Translations under genes and position numbers: made by a program | Shown: positions 9,017 to 17,349 of the stretch, piece by piece | How positions within the stretch are numbered: position 1 is the stretch's first letter | How the letters are laid out: every line of letters starts with the position of its first letter | Source: Candidatus Poribacteria bacterium | GTDB lineage: Bacteria > Poribacteria > WGA-4E > WGA-3G | DNA length: 36,201 bases | Direction of reading: 5' to 3' | Assembly (NCBI GenBank): GCA_007571355.1 | Contig: RKRO01000548.1 | Coordinates: 1-36,201, forward strand | Notes under the pieces: model-generated | The model's input: the letters and a program-made list of their open reading frames with translations, nothing else | The model's database searches: none | Told to the model about the DNA's origin: nothing

Positions 9017-9994
9017 TTAGAATGGCAGCGGAATGCCGACGCGTTCAGCGACTGTTTTCAATTGGGCTTGATGTGCTTCGCCGACCGGAATACCGATTTC
9101 AGCCCATTCCTGTTCGCGCTCCCATTCTAAGCCGCCGGGTAGATCCGATCGGTCATAACCCGGTGCCGGTCGCATCTGTCGCGCGTCTTCGATATGTTGG
9201 TCGATCTCTGCTTTGTATTCGTCAATTGGTCGGAATCGGGAAATGTCGATCGCTGCGATGAAAGTACCTTGATTGGCACCTTCCCAGATTGTTGGTGGGT
9301 CCGGCGGCTTATCGAATAGCCAGATGCCTGCCATGAATCCTCCGAGTGCGTGGCTGACATGACTCAAACCCAACATTTTGAAAAACGCGGCGGGACTCTT
9401 TTCAAACGCTTCTTCAAACGGCTGTGATCCATAAATGCCGGTTGCCATATCGACGACGATGGGCGGCTGGCTGCCCGCTGGGATCGCAAAACTCATCGGC
9501 GAGGCCCCCGTTGCGGTGGCGATTACACCGTCCGGGTTGTGTCGGAAACGGTGGCAAGAGACCGCGAAACCGGCGCAATCCACTTCGAGTGCGAGTCGTG
9601 AATACTTTCCAGCACTCCCAAAGTGGAAGTGGTTCCGACTCGTTGCGGCACCGAGTCCCATCTCTTCGGCTTTTTTAACGGCTGCCTTTGCGGCGTGATA
9701 CGCAGCGAAATGCCCCATACCGCCATCGCCGTCGTAGACCGCTGTCGTCGGGGATTCGTCGATGCATCGGACATTTGGACGTGGGTTGACTTTACCCTCG
9801 AGCATCATCCCGACATATCCGGGTGTTTGGCGAGTACCGTGACTGAACACGCCGCGCAAATCTGTGAGCACCAATAGGTGCGCTATGTGCGCAGCGTCTT
9901 CTGCGGAGGTACCTGCCTTCTGGAAAGTCTCGCTAATAAAACCTCGCATCGTATTTGGCATCACGCGGATAAATTCTTTCGGTACCACATTCAT
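9017..9994 (-). CDS. Ldh_2 family (malate/L-lactate/sulfolactate dehydrogenase type 2) oxidoreductase
   Basis: 325 aa. LRGVFSHGTRQTPGYV, NHFHFGSAGKYS and PMSFAIPAG are typical of the Ldh_2 family. Confidence 0.8.
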   Translation of the reverse strand: MNVVPKEFIRVMPNTMRGFISETFQKAGTSAEDAAHIAHLLVLTDLRGVFSHGTRQTPGYVGMMLEGKVNPRPNVRCIDESPTTAVYDGDGGMGHFAAYHAAKAAVKKAEEMGLGAATSRNHFHFGSAGKYSRLALEVDCAGFAVSCHRFRHNPDGVIATATGASPMSFAIPAGSQPPIVVDMATGIYGSQPFEEAFEKSPAAFFKMLGLSHVSHALGGFMAGIWLFDKPPDPPTIWEGANQGTFIAAIDISRFRPIDEYKAEIDQHIEDARQMRPAPGYDRSDLPGGLEWEREQEWAEIGIPVGEAHQAQLKTVAERVGIPLPF

Positions 9995-10006
9995 GTTTTA
10001 ACTTTC

Positions 10007-10152
10007 CTTGCGGTTCGTTCAAGTAGGTTTGGTGAATGAAGTGCCTCTCCGTAGAGCCGCCTTCCACTTCGTTTCAGGTTAAGTTTTGATGTTACGAAAA
10101 GAGACATTTTTTACTTCGACTTGCGGTTCGTTCAAGTAGGTTTGATGATTGA
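10007..10152 (-). repeat. Two copies of a 25-nt perfect direct repeat in the 248-nt leader of the Ldh_2 gene
   Basis: CTTGCGGTTCGTTCAAGTAGGTTTG occurs at 10007-10031 and again at 10120-10144. Similarity continues for 8 more nt (GTGAATGA / ATGATTGA). On the coding (minus) strand the repeat reads CAAACCTACTTGAACGAACCGCAAG. Confidence 0.85.
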
Positions 10153-10242
10153 GAGACGGGCAATGCATGGTTTCCCTACTACGAGCCGTGTCTACTCTCA
10201 TGTTCAAACCACGAGTTGGGTTTACTTTCAATTTCCAATCAT

Positions 10243-11097
10243 TTAAAAACGGAACCTCGGAATTCCGTTAATAATTGGGAAATGTTGTTCGCACGCTTCA
10301 CAGTGAAGATGCTGTTCTTCCCATGTAATCCCGCCTTTACACTGCGGACAGACAAGAATCTCTTGTAATGTTTTTCGCTGTCGGTTTTTACCTTTTACCA
10401 CTTTTGACAGCAAGTTTTGGCTTGCAAGCCGCGCCAAAAGCGATTTTACGCGGGAGACGATCCCTCGCGGCACTGCGTTTTTAAGGAGCGGTAGCCACCG
10501 GTTTTTGCCGCGGTTACTACCGTCGGGCGCAAGAAGCGTCTGTAAGGTCGCCGGGCATTCTAAGTCGAGTGTCGGTTCTGCTTCAGGCAGTATTTCGTAA
10601 TCTATTTTGCCTTCCCATTCGTATTGGACGAGGAAGAGGTTGTGGTGCGTAATATGGAACCGTTTCCAGTGTTTGTCTTCTGCCGCCAATGTATGGAAAA
10701 GTTTTCCGAATTGCGGTTTCTGGTTATTCTTTTGTAGCGTTAAACGTCTGTCAATCAGGTTAACAGTCCATCGGTGGTAGTGCCATCCGTATATCCGTTC
10801 GCCTATCTCAGAAGGTGTTTCTATGTAGCCGCGTTGTGCCACGCGCATGAGCTCATCGATAAGTCGTTTCGGGTCTTCAACGTGTTCGAGGACGTGTGCA
10901 CAGATGACGTAGTCAAACGCTTGGTCTGCGAACGGGAGGAACTGTCCATCGGCTTCAACGATAGGTCGGTCGGTGACGATTCTGCCGCCGCGTTGTTCAT
11001 CATCTTCTATGAATTTATCGCATAAAACATCCGAGCGCGCTTTTGGATTGTGACCGCTCCCTATCTCTAAGACAAAGTCGTTCGCGCGAATGTTCAT
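10243..11097 (-). CDS. Class I SAM-dependent methyltransferase with C-terminal Trm112-like zinc ribbon
   Basis: VLEIGSGHNP (motif I) and FDYVICAHVLEHV (Methyltransf_11-like). The C-terminus CPQCKGG...LHCEACEQHFPIINGIPRF is a 4-Cys Trm112/UPF0434-type ribbon. The ATG overlaps the upstream stop (ATGA). Confidence 0.8.
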   Translation of the reverse strand: MNIRANDFVLEIGSGHNPKARSDVLCDKFIEDDEQRGGRIVTDRPIVEADGQFLPFADQAFDYVICAHVLEHVEDPKRLIDELMRVAQRGYIETPSEIGERIYGWHYHRWTVNLIDRRLTLQKNNQKPQFGKLFHTLAAEDKHWKRFHITHHNLFLVQYEWEGKIDYEILPEAEPTLDLECPATLQTLLAPDGSNRGKNRWLPLLKNAVPRGIVSRVKSLLARLASQNLLSKVVKGKNRQRKTLQEILVCPQCKGGITWEEQHLHCEACEQHFPIINGIPRFRF

Positions 11098-11966
11098 TTT
11101 TCTACGACCATGGTGATATAAGGGCTGAAGTACGGAAACGTGTGAGCGATGATTCTGCCTTTTATGCCAAATCCGACAGCCTTTTTGATAATCGTGAACC
11201 CGTTTTGTCGGAAAAATTGTGCCAGATCAATTGAACTGGCGTAATAGGCACTGTCAGCATCTCCCCCGATTGCGTCTGCTTGTAGGTCTGGTTCTCGGTA
11301 GATAAACTGCGGTGATTTCGTGAAGAACCGTTTCTGTAGATAGAGTTGACAGTTCCGTTTGAGCTGTCGGAACGCTTGCCGTTTCGTCTCACCCCAGACG
11401 GGTCTTCCAGATTTGCCGGATATCAGGCGGATCCAGTCGAACATCGGGATTAGCGGCGAACAGAGATTCGGTCCGGAGATTACAATGCGTCCGCCCTTGC
11501 GCACCACACGTATCATCTCACTCAAAGCCGTTTCTACATTTGGTAGATGTTCAACCAATTCATTTGAACAGATAACGTCGAAGGCATCCCTATTAAAAGG
11601 GAGCTCAAGCGCATCGCAAACTTCGTACCGGAGGCTCGGATTTTCCCAGTTCCGGGCTTCTTTGAGAAAAAGCGGTGAAATATCGGTGCCGACGACCTCA
11701 AAATCTGCCTGATTGAGCAGTTTCGCGGAGACACCGTTCCCACATCCGAGATCAAGTATCTTGGAACGCGGTGGTGCGTAACGGATGACCAACTCTACGT
11801 AGTGGCGGAGATAGGTTTCGTCGTGTGCATCCAGAAGATTTTTATAAGTTTCCGATGTTTCGTAGAATTCCCGCATCCGTTGCCGGGTTTTTAAACTATT
11901 AAATTCGGTCACCGTTCCACTTCGTTTTACGGTGGTTTCCGATGAAGTTAGTTGTGTCTGTGGCAT
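11094..11966 (-). CDS. Class I SAM-dependent methyltransferase
   Basis: ILDLGCGNGVSAKLL (motif I), VVGTDISP, FDVICSNELVEHL and GGRIVISGPN. It is translationally coupled to the next methyltransferase gene. Confidence 0.8.
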   Translation of the reverse strand: MPQTQLTSSETTVKRSGTVTEFNSLKTRQRMREFYETSETYKNLLDAHDETYLRHYVELVIRYAPPRSKILDLGCGNGVSAKLLNQADFEVVGTDISPLFLKEARNWENPSLRYEVCDALELPFNRDAFDVICSNELVEHLPNVETALSEMIRVVRKGGRIVISGPNLCSPLIPMFDWIRLISGKSGRPVWGETKRQAFRQLKRNCQLYLQKRFFTKSPQFIYREPDLQADAIGGDADSAYYASSIDLAQFFRQNGFTIIKKAVGFGIKGRIIAHTFPYFSPYITMVVEK

Positions 11967-12094
11967 GAAAAGTGTCCTAAATAATTCACAGAAGATTGGA
12001 CAGGAACCAACAGTTTCCTATTCCACAGAAAAGTGTTCAAACGATAGGAATAATTCGGGATCTGCATTCGCACAGGGAAGCGAACGGACTTTGC

Positions 12095-12496
12095 CTAAGC
12101 GCGGAGCGTATTCCAAGGTACTTCGTCATAAACGTCGATGAGTTGGTATCCCTCTGCGCCTTTGCTGGGACTCAAGGTTACAAACAATTTTGCGGATTCC
12201 GAAGATACGTTAAAGGAAGCGTGGACCATGTCCGCTGGAATAAAGACAGAATCGCCTGCGTTGAGTGTCTGTTTCTTATCTTCGAGCCACTGTTCAACGC
12301 TGCCTTCTATCACGTAGATGACCTCTTCTTGTTCAGGGTGTTTATGGAAGTCGTGTCCGTAGCCTGGAGAGAGTGAGACCTCCATAGCAACGATGTCTTT
12401 TGCGCCGGTGCTTTCTGGTCGGCTCAGCCATCCGATTGTTCCCCAATCAAGTTCGTCTCTTTCCACATCTGCGGATGCAATAAATTTCCCGTTCAT
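12095..12496 (-). CDS. Cupin domain protein
   Basis: 133 aa. GYGHDFHKHPEQEEVIYVIEG and GDSVFIPADMVHASFN are the two cupin motifs. AAGGAG lies upstream of the ATG. Confidence 0.8.
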   Translation of the reverse strand: MNGKFIASADVERDELDWGTIGWLSRPESTGAKDIVAMEVSLSPGYGHDFHKHPEQEEVIYVIEGSVEQWLEDKKQTLNAGDSVFIPADMVHASFNVSSESAKLFVTLSPSKGAEGYQLIDVYDEVPWNTLRA

Positions 12497-12525
12497 AAGG
12501 TTGAGGGGTCTCCTTTTATTCAGGG

Positions 12526-12551
12526 GTAGGCGCGCTTGACAGCGCGCCTAC
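12526..12551 (-). other. GC-box hairpin (10-bp perfect stem, 6-nt loop) between the LamG and cupin cistrons
   Basis: GTAGGCGCGC-TTGACA-GCGCGCCTAC. It lies 20 nt after the LamG stop and about 30 nt before the cupin start. There is no U-tract on the minus strand. Confidence 0.5.
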
Positions 12552-12570
12552 GTAGCTTACTCCGTTTTTG

Positions 12571-13335
12571 TTACCTGTCGGCTTTTAACGATGCCCAGGT
12601 TGTGGACAACTTTCCGAGGGGTTCAACGGGTGTTGATGCAGTGTTCATTTCTGATCGGACTTCTTCCAAGCTGAGGGCGCGGTTCCAGATGCGGACTTCA
12701 TCGATCAGTCCGAGGAACTCGCGTTGTCCTTCGTGTGTTTTCCCGATGAGTACAGAAGCCGTATCGTCAGCACCGGGGAGCGGGTTTTTACCATCAGACT
12801 CGCCGGCATGTTCACCGTTTAGCCAATATCGGTGGACACCGTCCTCAACTTGTGCGACGACATGTGTCCACTCGTTAAGTGCGATTTTCCCGGTGCAAGT
12901 ACTACCGCTCCCGCCAGCACTGAGGTGCAAGCATTCACTTGTAGCTTCAGTGTAGAAGCTATAGGAACGCGGGCCGTTCCCTTTTGCAAGGATACCTTGC
13001 CACTGTGCACCGGCTGTTCCACCGGTGTATCGTTCGGCATTAATCCATGCCATGACGGTTACATTTGTATCAACGGTAAGGATATCGGCGTGAGGTACTT
13101 CGACCCAGTCGCTTTCACCATTGAGTTTGAGTGCGTTCCCGAATTTCCCTGCGGCTAATTCGGGTGAACCTGCGATGGTGCCGTCGTTCCCATATTGCGA
13201 GAGATCGGGAACTGTATCTCCATTGAGTTCATCAAAAGAGAAATAGAGTATGAGTGAGTCATCGGCGGGATCTGCGGCGTGGGCGAAAGGTGCCGCGATC
13301 ATAATAATTGTCAATAGAGCGAGGAAAGTTTTCAT
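12571..13335 (-). CDS. Secreted LamG (Laminin_G_3 / concanavalin-A-like) domain protein, paralog 1
   Basis: Signal peptide MKTFLALLTIIMIAAPFAHA. LILYFSFDELNGD...GNDG...GKFGNALKLNG and IDEVRIWNRALS are LamG_3 hallmarks. I chose the ATG at 13335 (AAGGAG 6 nt upstream) rather than the maximal ORF start at 13383. Confidence 0.8.
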   Translation of the reverse strand: MKTFLALLTIIMIAAPFAHAADPADDSLILYFSFDELNGDTVPDLSQYGNDGTIAGSPELAAGKFGNALKLNGESDWVEVPHADILTVDTNVTVMAWINAERYTGGTAGAQWQGILAKGNGPRSYSFYTEATSECLHLSAGGSGSTCTGKIALNEWTHVVAQVEDGVHRYWLNGEHAGESDGKNPLPGADDTASVLIGKTHEGQREFLGLIDEVRIWNRALSLEEVRSEMNTASTPVEPLGKLSTTWASLKADR

Positions 13336-13355
13336 CTGTTCTCCTTTGCTTATAG

Positions 13356-13418
13356 GTAGGTGTATGCGCGCTTGGCGTTTCATAAAACCCGAAATTCAGC
13401 AGAACCGAGCGCGCCTAC
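13356..13418 (-). other. Second GC-box hairpin sharing the GCGCGCCTAC arm, in the spacer between the two LamG paralogs
   Basis: Left arm GTAGG-TGTAT-GCGCGCTTGG (13356-13375) pairs with CCGAGCGCGCCTAC (13405-13418), with one G-U pair and a 5-nt bulge. The same GCGCGCCTAC box occurs at 12542-12551. Confidence 0.4.
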
Positions 13419-13526
13419 AGTAGTTTTTGGCTCATGTAAAGACTGCGTGCGAATGAACATATCAACCCCTTGTGGTGACTGCCTCGTTAGAAACGATTGC
13501 ACTTACTTTTTACATGAGCGTAGATT

Positions 13527-14303
13527 TTATCGTTGTGAGGTTTTCTTCAGTTGCCCCCAAGAGGTTGCAAGTTTCTGACGCGGATCAACCGGAAAAAGTT
13601 CAAAATGCCCTTTTTCCATCTGTTCAATAATTTCCTCTTCGGTAAGGGCACGGTTCCAGATGCGGACTTCATCAATGAGTCCTTCGAATTCACGGCTCCC
13701 TTCGTGTGTTTTACCCACGAGGGCATCCGCTGTATCGGCTGCGCCGGGCGGTGGATTTTTGCCGCCGGATTCGCCGGCATGTTCACCGTTTACCCAATAC
13801 CGGTGTGTACCATCATCGACTTGTGCGGCAACGTGTACCCATTCATCTAAGGGAACCTCCTTGTTACAAACGCTGCCTGAACCGCCGACACTCAGGTGTA
13901 AACATTGACTCGCAGATTCGGTGTAGAAACTGTAGGAACGGGGTCCATTACTTTTCGCGAGGATGCCTTGCCATTGTGCGCCCCCAGGACCTGTATGGCG
14001 TGGGGTATTGATCCAAGCCATGACGGTAACATTCTCATCGACGGTAAGCGTTTCGTGGTGTGGAATTACAACCCAGTCGCTGGTTCCGTTGAATTCCAAA
14101 GCTTTACCGAATTTACCGTCAGCAAGTTTAGTGTCCCCGACCAATTCACCGTGGTTCTCATATAGTGAATGGTCGATGGCGTTTTTACCGTCGAGTTCAT
14201 CAAAAGAGAAGTAGAGGATCAGTGAATCCTCTGGTTCATTTGCTGCATAAGCGAAAGATGCTGCAAACGTGATAAGGGTTAATATGATAAATAGGTTCCT
14301 CAT
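13527..14303 (-). CDS. Secreted LamG domain protein, paralog 2 (tandem duplicate)
   Basis: Signal peptide MRNLFIILTLITFAASFAYA, with GGAGG upstream of the ATG at 14303. It is colinear with and highly similar to paralog 1 (for example AQWQGILAKxNGPRSYSFYTE, HRYWxNGEHAGESxGKNP, IDEVRIWNRAL). Confidence 0.8.
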   Translation of the reverse strand: MRNLFIILTLITFAASFAYAANEPEDSLILYFSFDELDGKNAIDHSLYENHGELVGDTKLADGKFGKALEFNGTSDWVVIPHHETLTVDENVTVMAWINTPRHTGPGGAQWQGILAKSNGPRSYSFYTESASQCLHLSVGGSGSVCNKEVPLDEWVHVAAQVDDGTHRYWVNGEHAGESGGKNPPPGAADTADALVGKTHEGSREFEGLIDEVRIWNRALTEEEIIEQMEKGHFELFPVDPRQKLATSWGQLKKTSQR

Positions 14304-14359
14304 TTTTACCTCCATGTAGCATAGGAGACCGTGGGATCCCTGTGCATTATTTGTATACG

Positions 14360-16060
14360 TTAATCTATCGGAACAATTTCTCCGCCTTCAATTGCCCTGA
14401 ACCTTTGATTGACAGCGAGATGTGTCCAACGGTCTGTATGTCCGCTGGTCCAACGGATTTCGAGGCGATCAATCTGTTCCGCTTTGCCGACACCAAAATG
14501 GGCGCGCAGATCATGAAAGGAAAGGTAACTCCCACCACTATGCACTTCCCGATATTGAACGTGTGTTCCGGTTACAACCTTGATTCTTGTTCCAATCCCG
14601 AAACGGTTACTCTTTTGCCCGACAGTCTGGAGTTGTATCCAATTGTTTTGGTTTCCAACTGCATTTTGGAGCAAATCTGGACGTTGGTTGCAGTTCGTGA
14701 CGAGGATGTCAAGGTCTCCGTCGTTATCGTAGTCGCCGATAGCAGCACCCCGACTGACTTTTTTGAGTGCTAAGCCATCGGTCTCGGACGTAACATTGGC
14801 GAATGTTCCATCGCCTAAATTCCTAAATAACAGATTCCGCTGTGGATAGGTTACATGCTTTTCAAGGACGTTGATGTTATCCATCAGATGTCCGTTTGCA
14901 ACAAAGATGTCTTGGTATCCATCGTTGTCGAAATCAAAAAACTTGATGCCCCATCCGAGATAACCGTGCGTTACCTCTGCTATGCCTGATGTAATCGTGT
15001 TGTCGGTAAAGAAGGAGCTATCGTGATTTCGGTAAACTGTATTGGTTTCTGTCTGGTAATTACTGACGGTGAGATCAAATTTTCCATCATTATCATAATC
15101 ACCGAAGTCGGTTCCCATTCCAGCTTCCTCTTTTCCCATATCATTATAGCATACTCCTGAGATTAATGCAACTTCTAAAAAATTGCCATTACCGCTGTTC
15201 TGAAATAAAAAATTAGGGTCTTGATCGTTTGCGACGTAGAGATCGATATTCCCATCGGCATTGTAGTCGCCAAAAGTTACACCTAACCCGTGCTGCGGTA
15301 TCAGATCGGGTGATTGATATGAAATTGAAGCATCGGTAAACGTGCCGTCTCCATTATTTTTATAAAAAGTATCGTGCACAGCAGGATATGCGTGCGGTCC
15401 GCAATAGACATGAACGCCCCGCTCTTCACAGCGGATGTCCTTTTCTGGTGTATATTCGGCATAGTTCGCAATGTACAGGTCTAAGTATCCATCGTTATCG
15501 ACATCAGCAAAGGCGCAGCTGGTCCCCCAGTTTGGATTGCCGACTTTGGCGTGTGTCGTTACATCTGTAAAAGTGCCGTCGCCGTTGTTTCGATAGAGTT
15601 GGTCTGGACCATAATTGGTGACGAAAAGATCCAAGTCTCCATCATTATCATAATCGCCGACGGTAGCACCGGTGCCGTAGGTTGTGCTACCGACCCCAGC
15701 CGTTTCGGTGATGTCGGTGAAGGTATTATCTCCATTGTTTCGGTAAAGGACGTTATGGGGGTTCTTGTCTTTGACATCGTTTGTCTGAATTGCGCCGTTG
15801 ACGAGGTAGATGTCGAGGTCGCCGTCACCGTCATAATCAAAGAACCCGCCGCCGGATCCGAGGAATTCATTGAAAAGTCTTAACCCGCTTCTGCCATCGG
15901 TATGCACAAAGGTTAACCCCGCAGATTCCGTAATGTCCATAAAAATTTGTTCTGCTGATCCGGTTGTGCAATAGAGGAAACTAACAAACACCGCTATGCG
16001 GACGCATCCGAAAAACCGATAAAAATTTAGGGATCTATTGTTCAGTGTGTTTTTTTGCAT
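14360..16060 (-). CDS. CRTAC1/ASPIC-UnbV family protein with FG-GAP (VCBS) repeats
   Basis: Repeated GDYDNDGDLD / FDFDNDGYQD calcium-binding FG-GAP loops. The C-terminal block GSYLSFHDLRAHFGVGKAEQIDRLEIRWTSG is of UnbV_ASPIC type. Confidence 0.85.
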   Translation of the reverse strand: MQKNTLNNRSLNFYRFFGCVRIAVFVSFLYCTTGSAEQIFMDITESAGLTFVHTDGRSGLRLFNEFLGSGGGFFDYDGDGDLDIYLVNGAIQTNDVKDKNPHNVLYRNNGDNTFTDITETAGVGSTTYGTGATVGDYDNDGDLDLFVTNYGPDQLYRNNGDGTFTDVTTHAKVGNPNWGTSCAFADVDNDGYLDLYIANYAEYTPEKDIRCEERGVHVYCGPHAYPAVHDTFYKNNGDGTFTDASISYQSPDLIPQHGLGVTFGDYNADGNIDLYVANDQDPNFLFQNSGNGNFLEVALISGVCYNDMGKEEAGMGTDFGDYDNDGKFDLTVSNYQTETNTVYRNHDSSFFTDNTITSGIAEVTHGYLGWGIKFFDFDNDGYQDIFVANGHLMDNINVLEKHVTYPQRNLLFRNLGDGTFANVTSETDGLALKKVSRGAAIGDYDNDGDLDILVTNCNQRPDLLQNAVGNQNNWIQLQTVGQKSNRFGIGTRIKVVTGTHVQYREVHSGGSYLSFHDLRAHFGVGKAEQIDRLEIRWTSGHTDRWTHLAVNQRFRAIEGGEIVPID

Positions 16061-16070
16061 AAAAATGGAC

Positions 16071-17339
16071 TCATTGTGTCGTTTGTGGCTCGCGCTTCAG
16101 GCGTTCGAGATTATTTAATGCTTCCCAAGCGTCGCTATCGTCAGGTTCAATTTCGGTGATATATCGGTAGGTATCTATTGCTTTCTGCAGTTGCCCTTTT
16201 TGCGTATAAATTTCGGCTAACCCGTGGTATGCCAAACTCAGGTGTGGCATTTTCTCTATAGCTGCTTGTAGATGTGTTTCTGCCTTGTCGAATGCTTTTG
16301 ATTGGGTATAGAGCCATCCGAGTCGGACGTGTGCCTCTATAGTATCAGGGTTTAATTCGAGAACTTTCTCGAAAAGTGGTATTGCATGTTGCGGCGCGTT
16401 GAAGTTCATGTAAAGCCTCGCCAACTTATCGTATCCGATTGTTCGGTCTGGATGCAGCCGAATTAGGGATTGGTAGGTCGCGATGGCTGCGGAAATATGC
16501 TTGTGTTCCAGATGGATCGCTGCCAATTCCAATCGGAGGGTCGTGTCCGTTGGATCTTCTGTTAGCGCACTTTCGATGGCGTACGTCCGGTCATAGTAGG
16601 TTTTCATCTGGTGGAACAGTTTGAGTTGTTCCGTTGCTGCAGGCATATTACCGATCAGTCGGTACGCTTTGGCGAGGTTGTAATAAGCACTCTGGACGTA
16701 AGGTTTTTTCTGGATTGCGGTCTGATAGTGTCCCACGGCTTGTTTCGGCTCATTCTGCATAAGTGCGATCAGGCCAAGCCATTCGTAAACTTCTGGGAAA
16801 TCTGGGTTCCGCGCGAGGGTCCGCTTGAACGCTGCGAGTGCTTCGTCGAATTTCGCTTGGTGTGTATAGATGTAACCGAGTCGGTAGTGTGTATCGGCAT
16901 CTGTTGGGCTACTCCGAACGGCTGCCTTTGCGTGCTGTTCTGCGGTGTCCAATTGGCTCTGCTTGCAATAGATTTCCGCCAGCGCGAGGTGCGTTAATCC
17001 GTTAATCCGTGCCTTTAACGGTGCATTTTTTAAGGCTGCTATTGTCGGAAAAATCTTGTTAAAGGTTTCAATCGCTAATTCCAATTCGTCTTGCAGTTTG
17101 TAAACGTTTGCGAGTTGGAAGAGTGCGTCTACATTTGTCGGTTGCTGCGATAGAATTGCCTTAAAAGCATCAACTGCTTGTGGGTAGAGTCGCAATTTAG
17201 CGTATTCTACGCCTACTTGAAGTGTGGCGGTCGTTTCTGCACGACTCACAGTCGATGTAAACCATAGCAGGGTCGTAAGGATTAAGACGCAGCGGGTGCA
17301 CTTTGTAAGTATGTAATGGCGTTTGTAACCTGCTTTCAT
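16071..17339 (-). CDS. Secreted tetratricopeptide (TPR) repeat protein
   Basis: Hydrophobic N-terminus, then about 10 tandem 34-residue repeats with the W/L-G-Y-A-F-A-P pattern (for example AEIYCKQSQLDTAEQHAKAAVRSSP). Confidence 0.85.
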   Translation of the reverse strand: MKAGYKRHYILTKCTRCVLILTTLLWFTSTVSRAETTATLQVGVEYAKLRLYPQAVDAFKAILSQQPTNVDALFQLANVYKLQDELELAIETFNKIFPTIAALKNAPLKARINGLTHLALAEIYCKQSQLDTAEQHAKAAVRSSPTDADTHYRLGYIYTHQAKFDEALAAFKRTLARNPDFPEVYEWLGLIALMQNEPKQAVGHYQTAIQKKPYVQSAYYNLAKAYRLIGNMPAATEQLKLFHQMKTYYDRTYAIESALTEDPTDTTLRLELAAIHLEHKHISAAIATYQSLIRLHPDRTIGYDKLARLYMNFNAPQHAIPLFEKVLELNPDTIEAHVRLGWLYTQSKAFDKAETHLQAAIEKMPHLSLAYHGLAEIYTQKGQLQKAIDTYRYITEIEPDDSDAWEALNNLERLKREPQTTQ

Positions 17340-17349
17340 CCCGATTTCC

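Noticed and set aside
10007-10152. CRISPR-like array
   Set aside because: There are only two repeat copies, 113 nt apart. The repeat is not palindromic, there are no cas genes, and the repeat is related to a leader motif found before other genes.
14342-14773. 143-aa ORF antisense to the 3' end of the CRTAC1 gene
   Set aside because: It is a shadow ORF inside a gene with clear UnbV/ASPIC homology.
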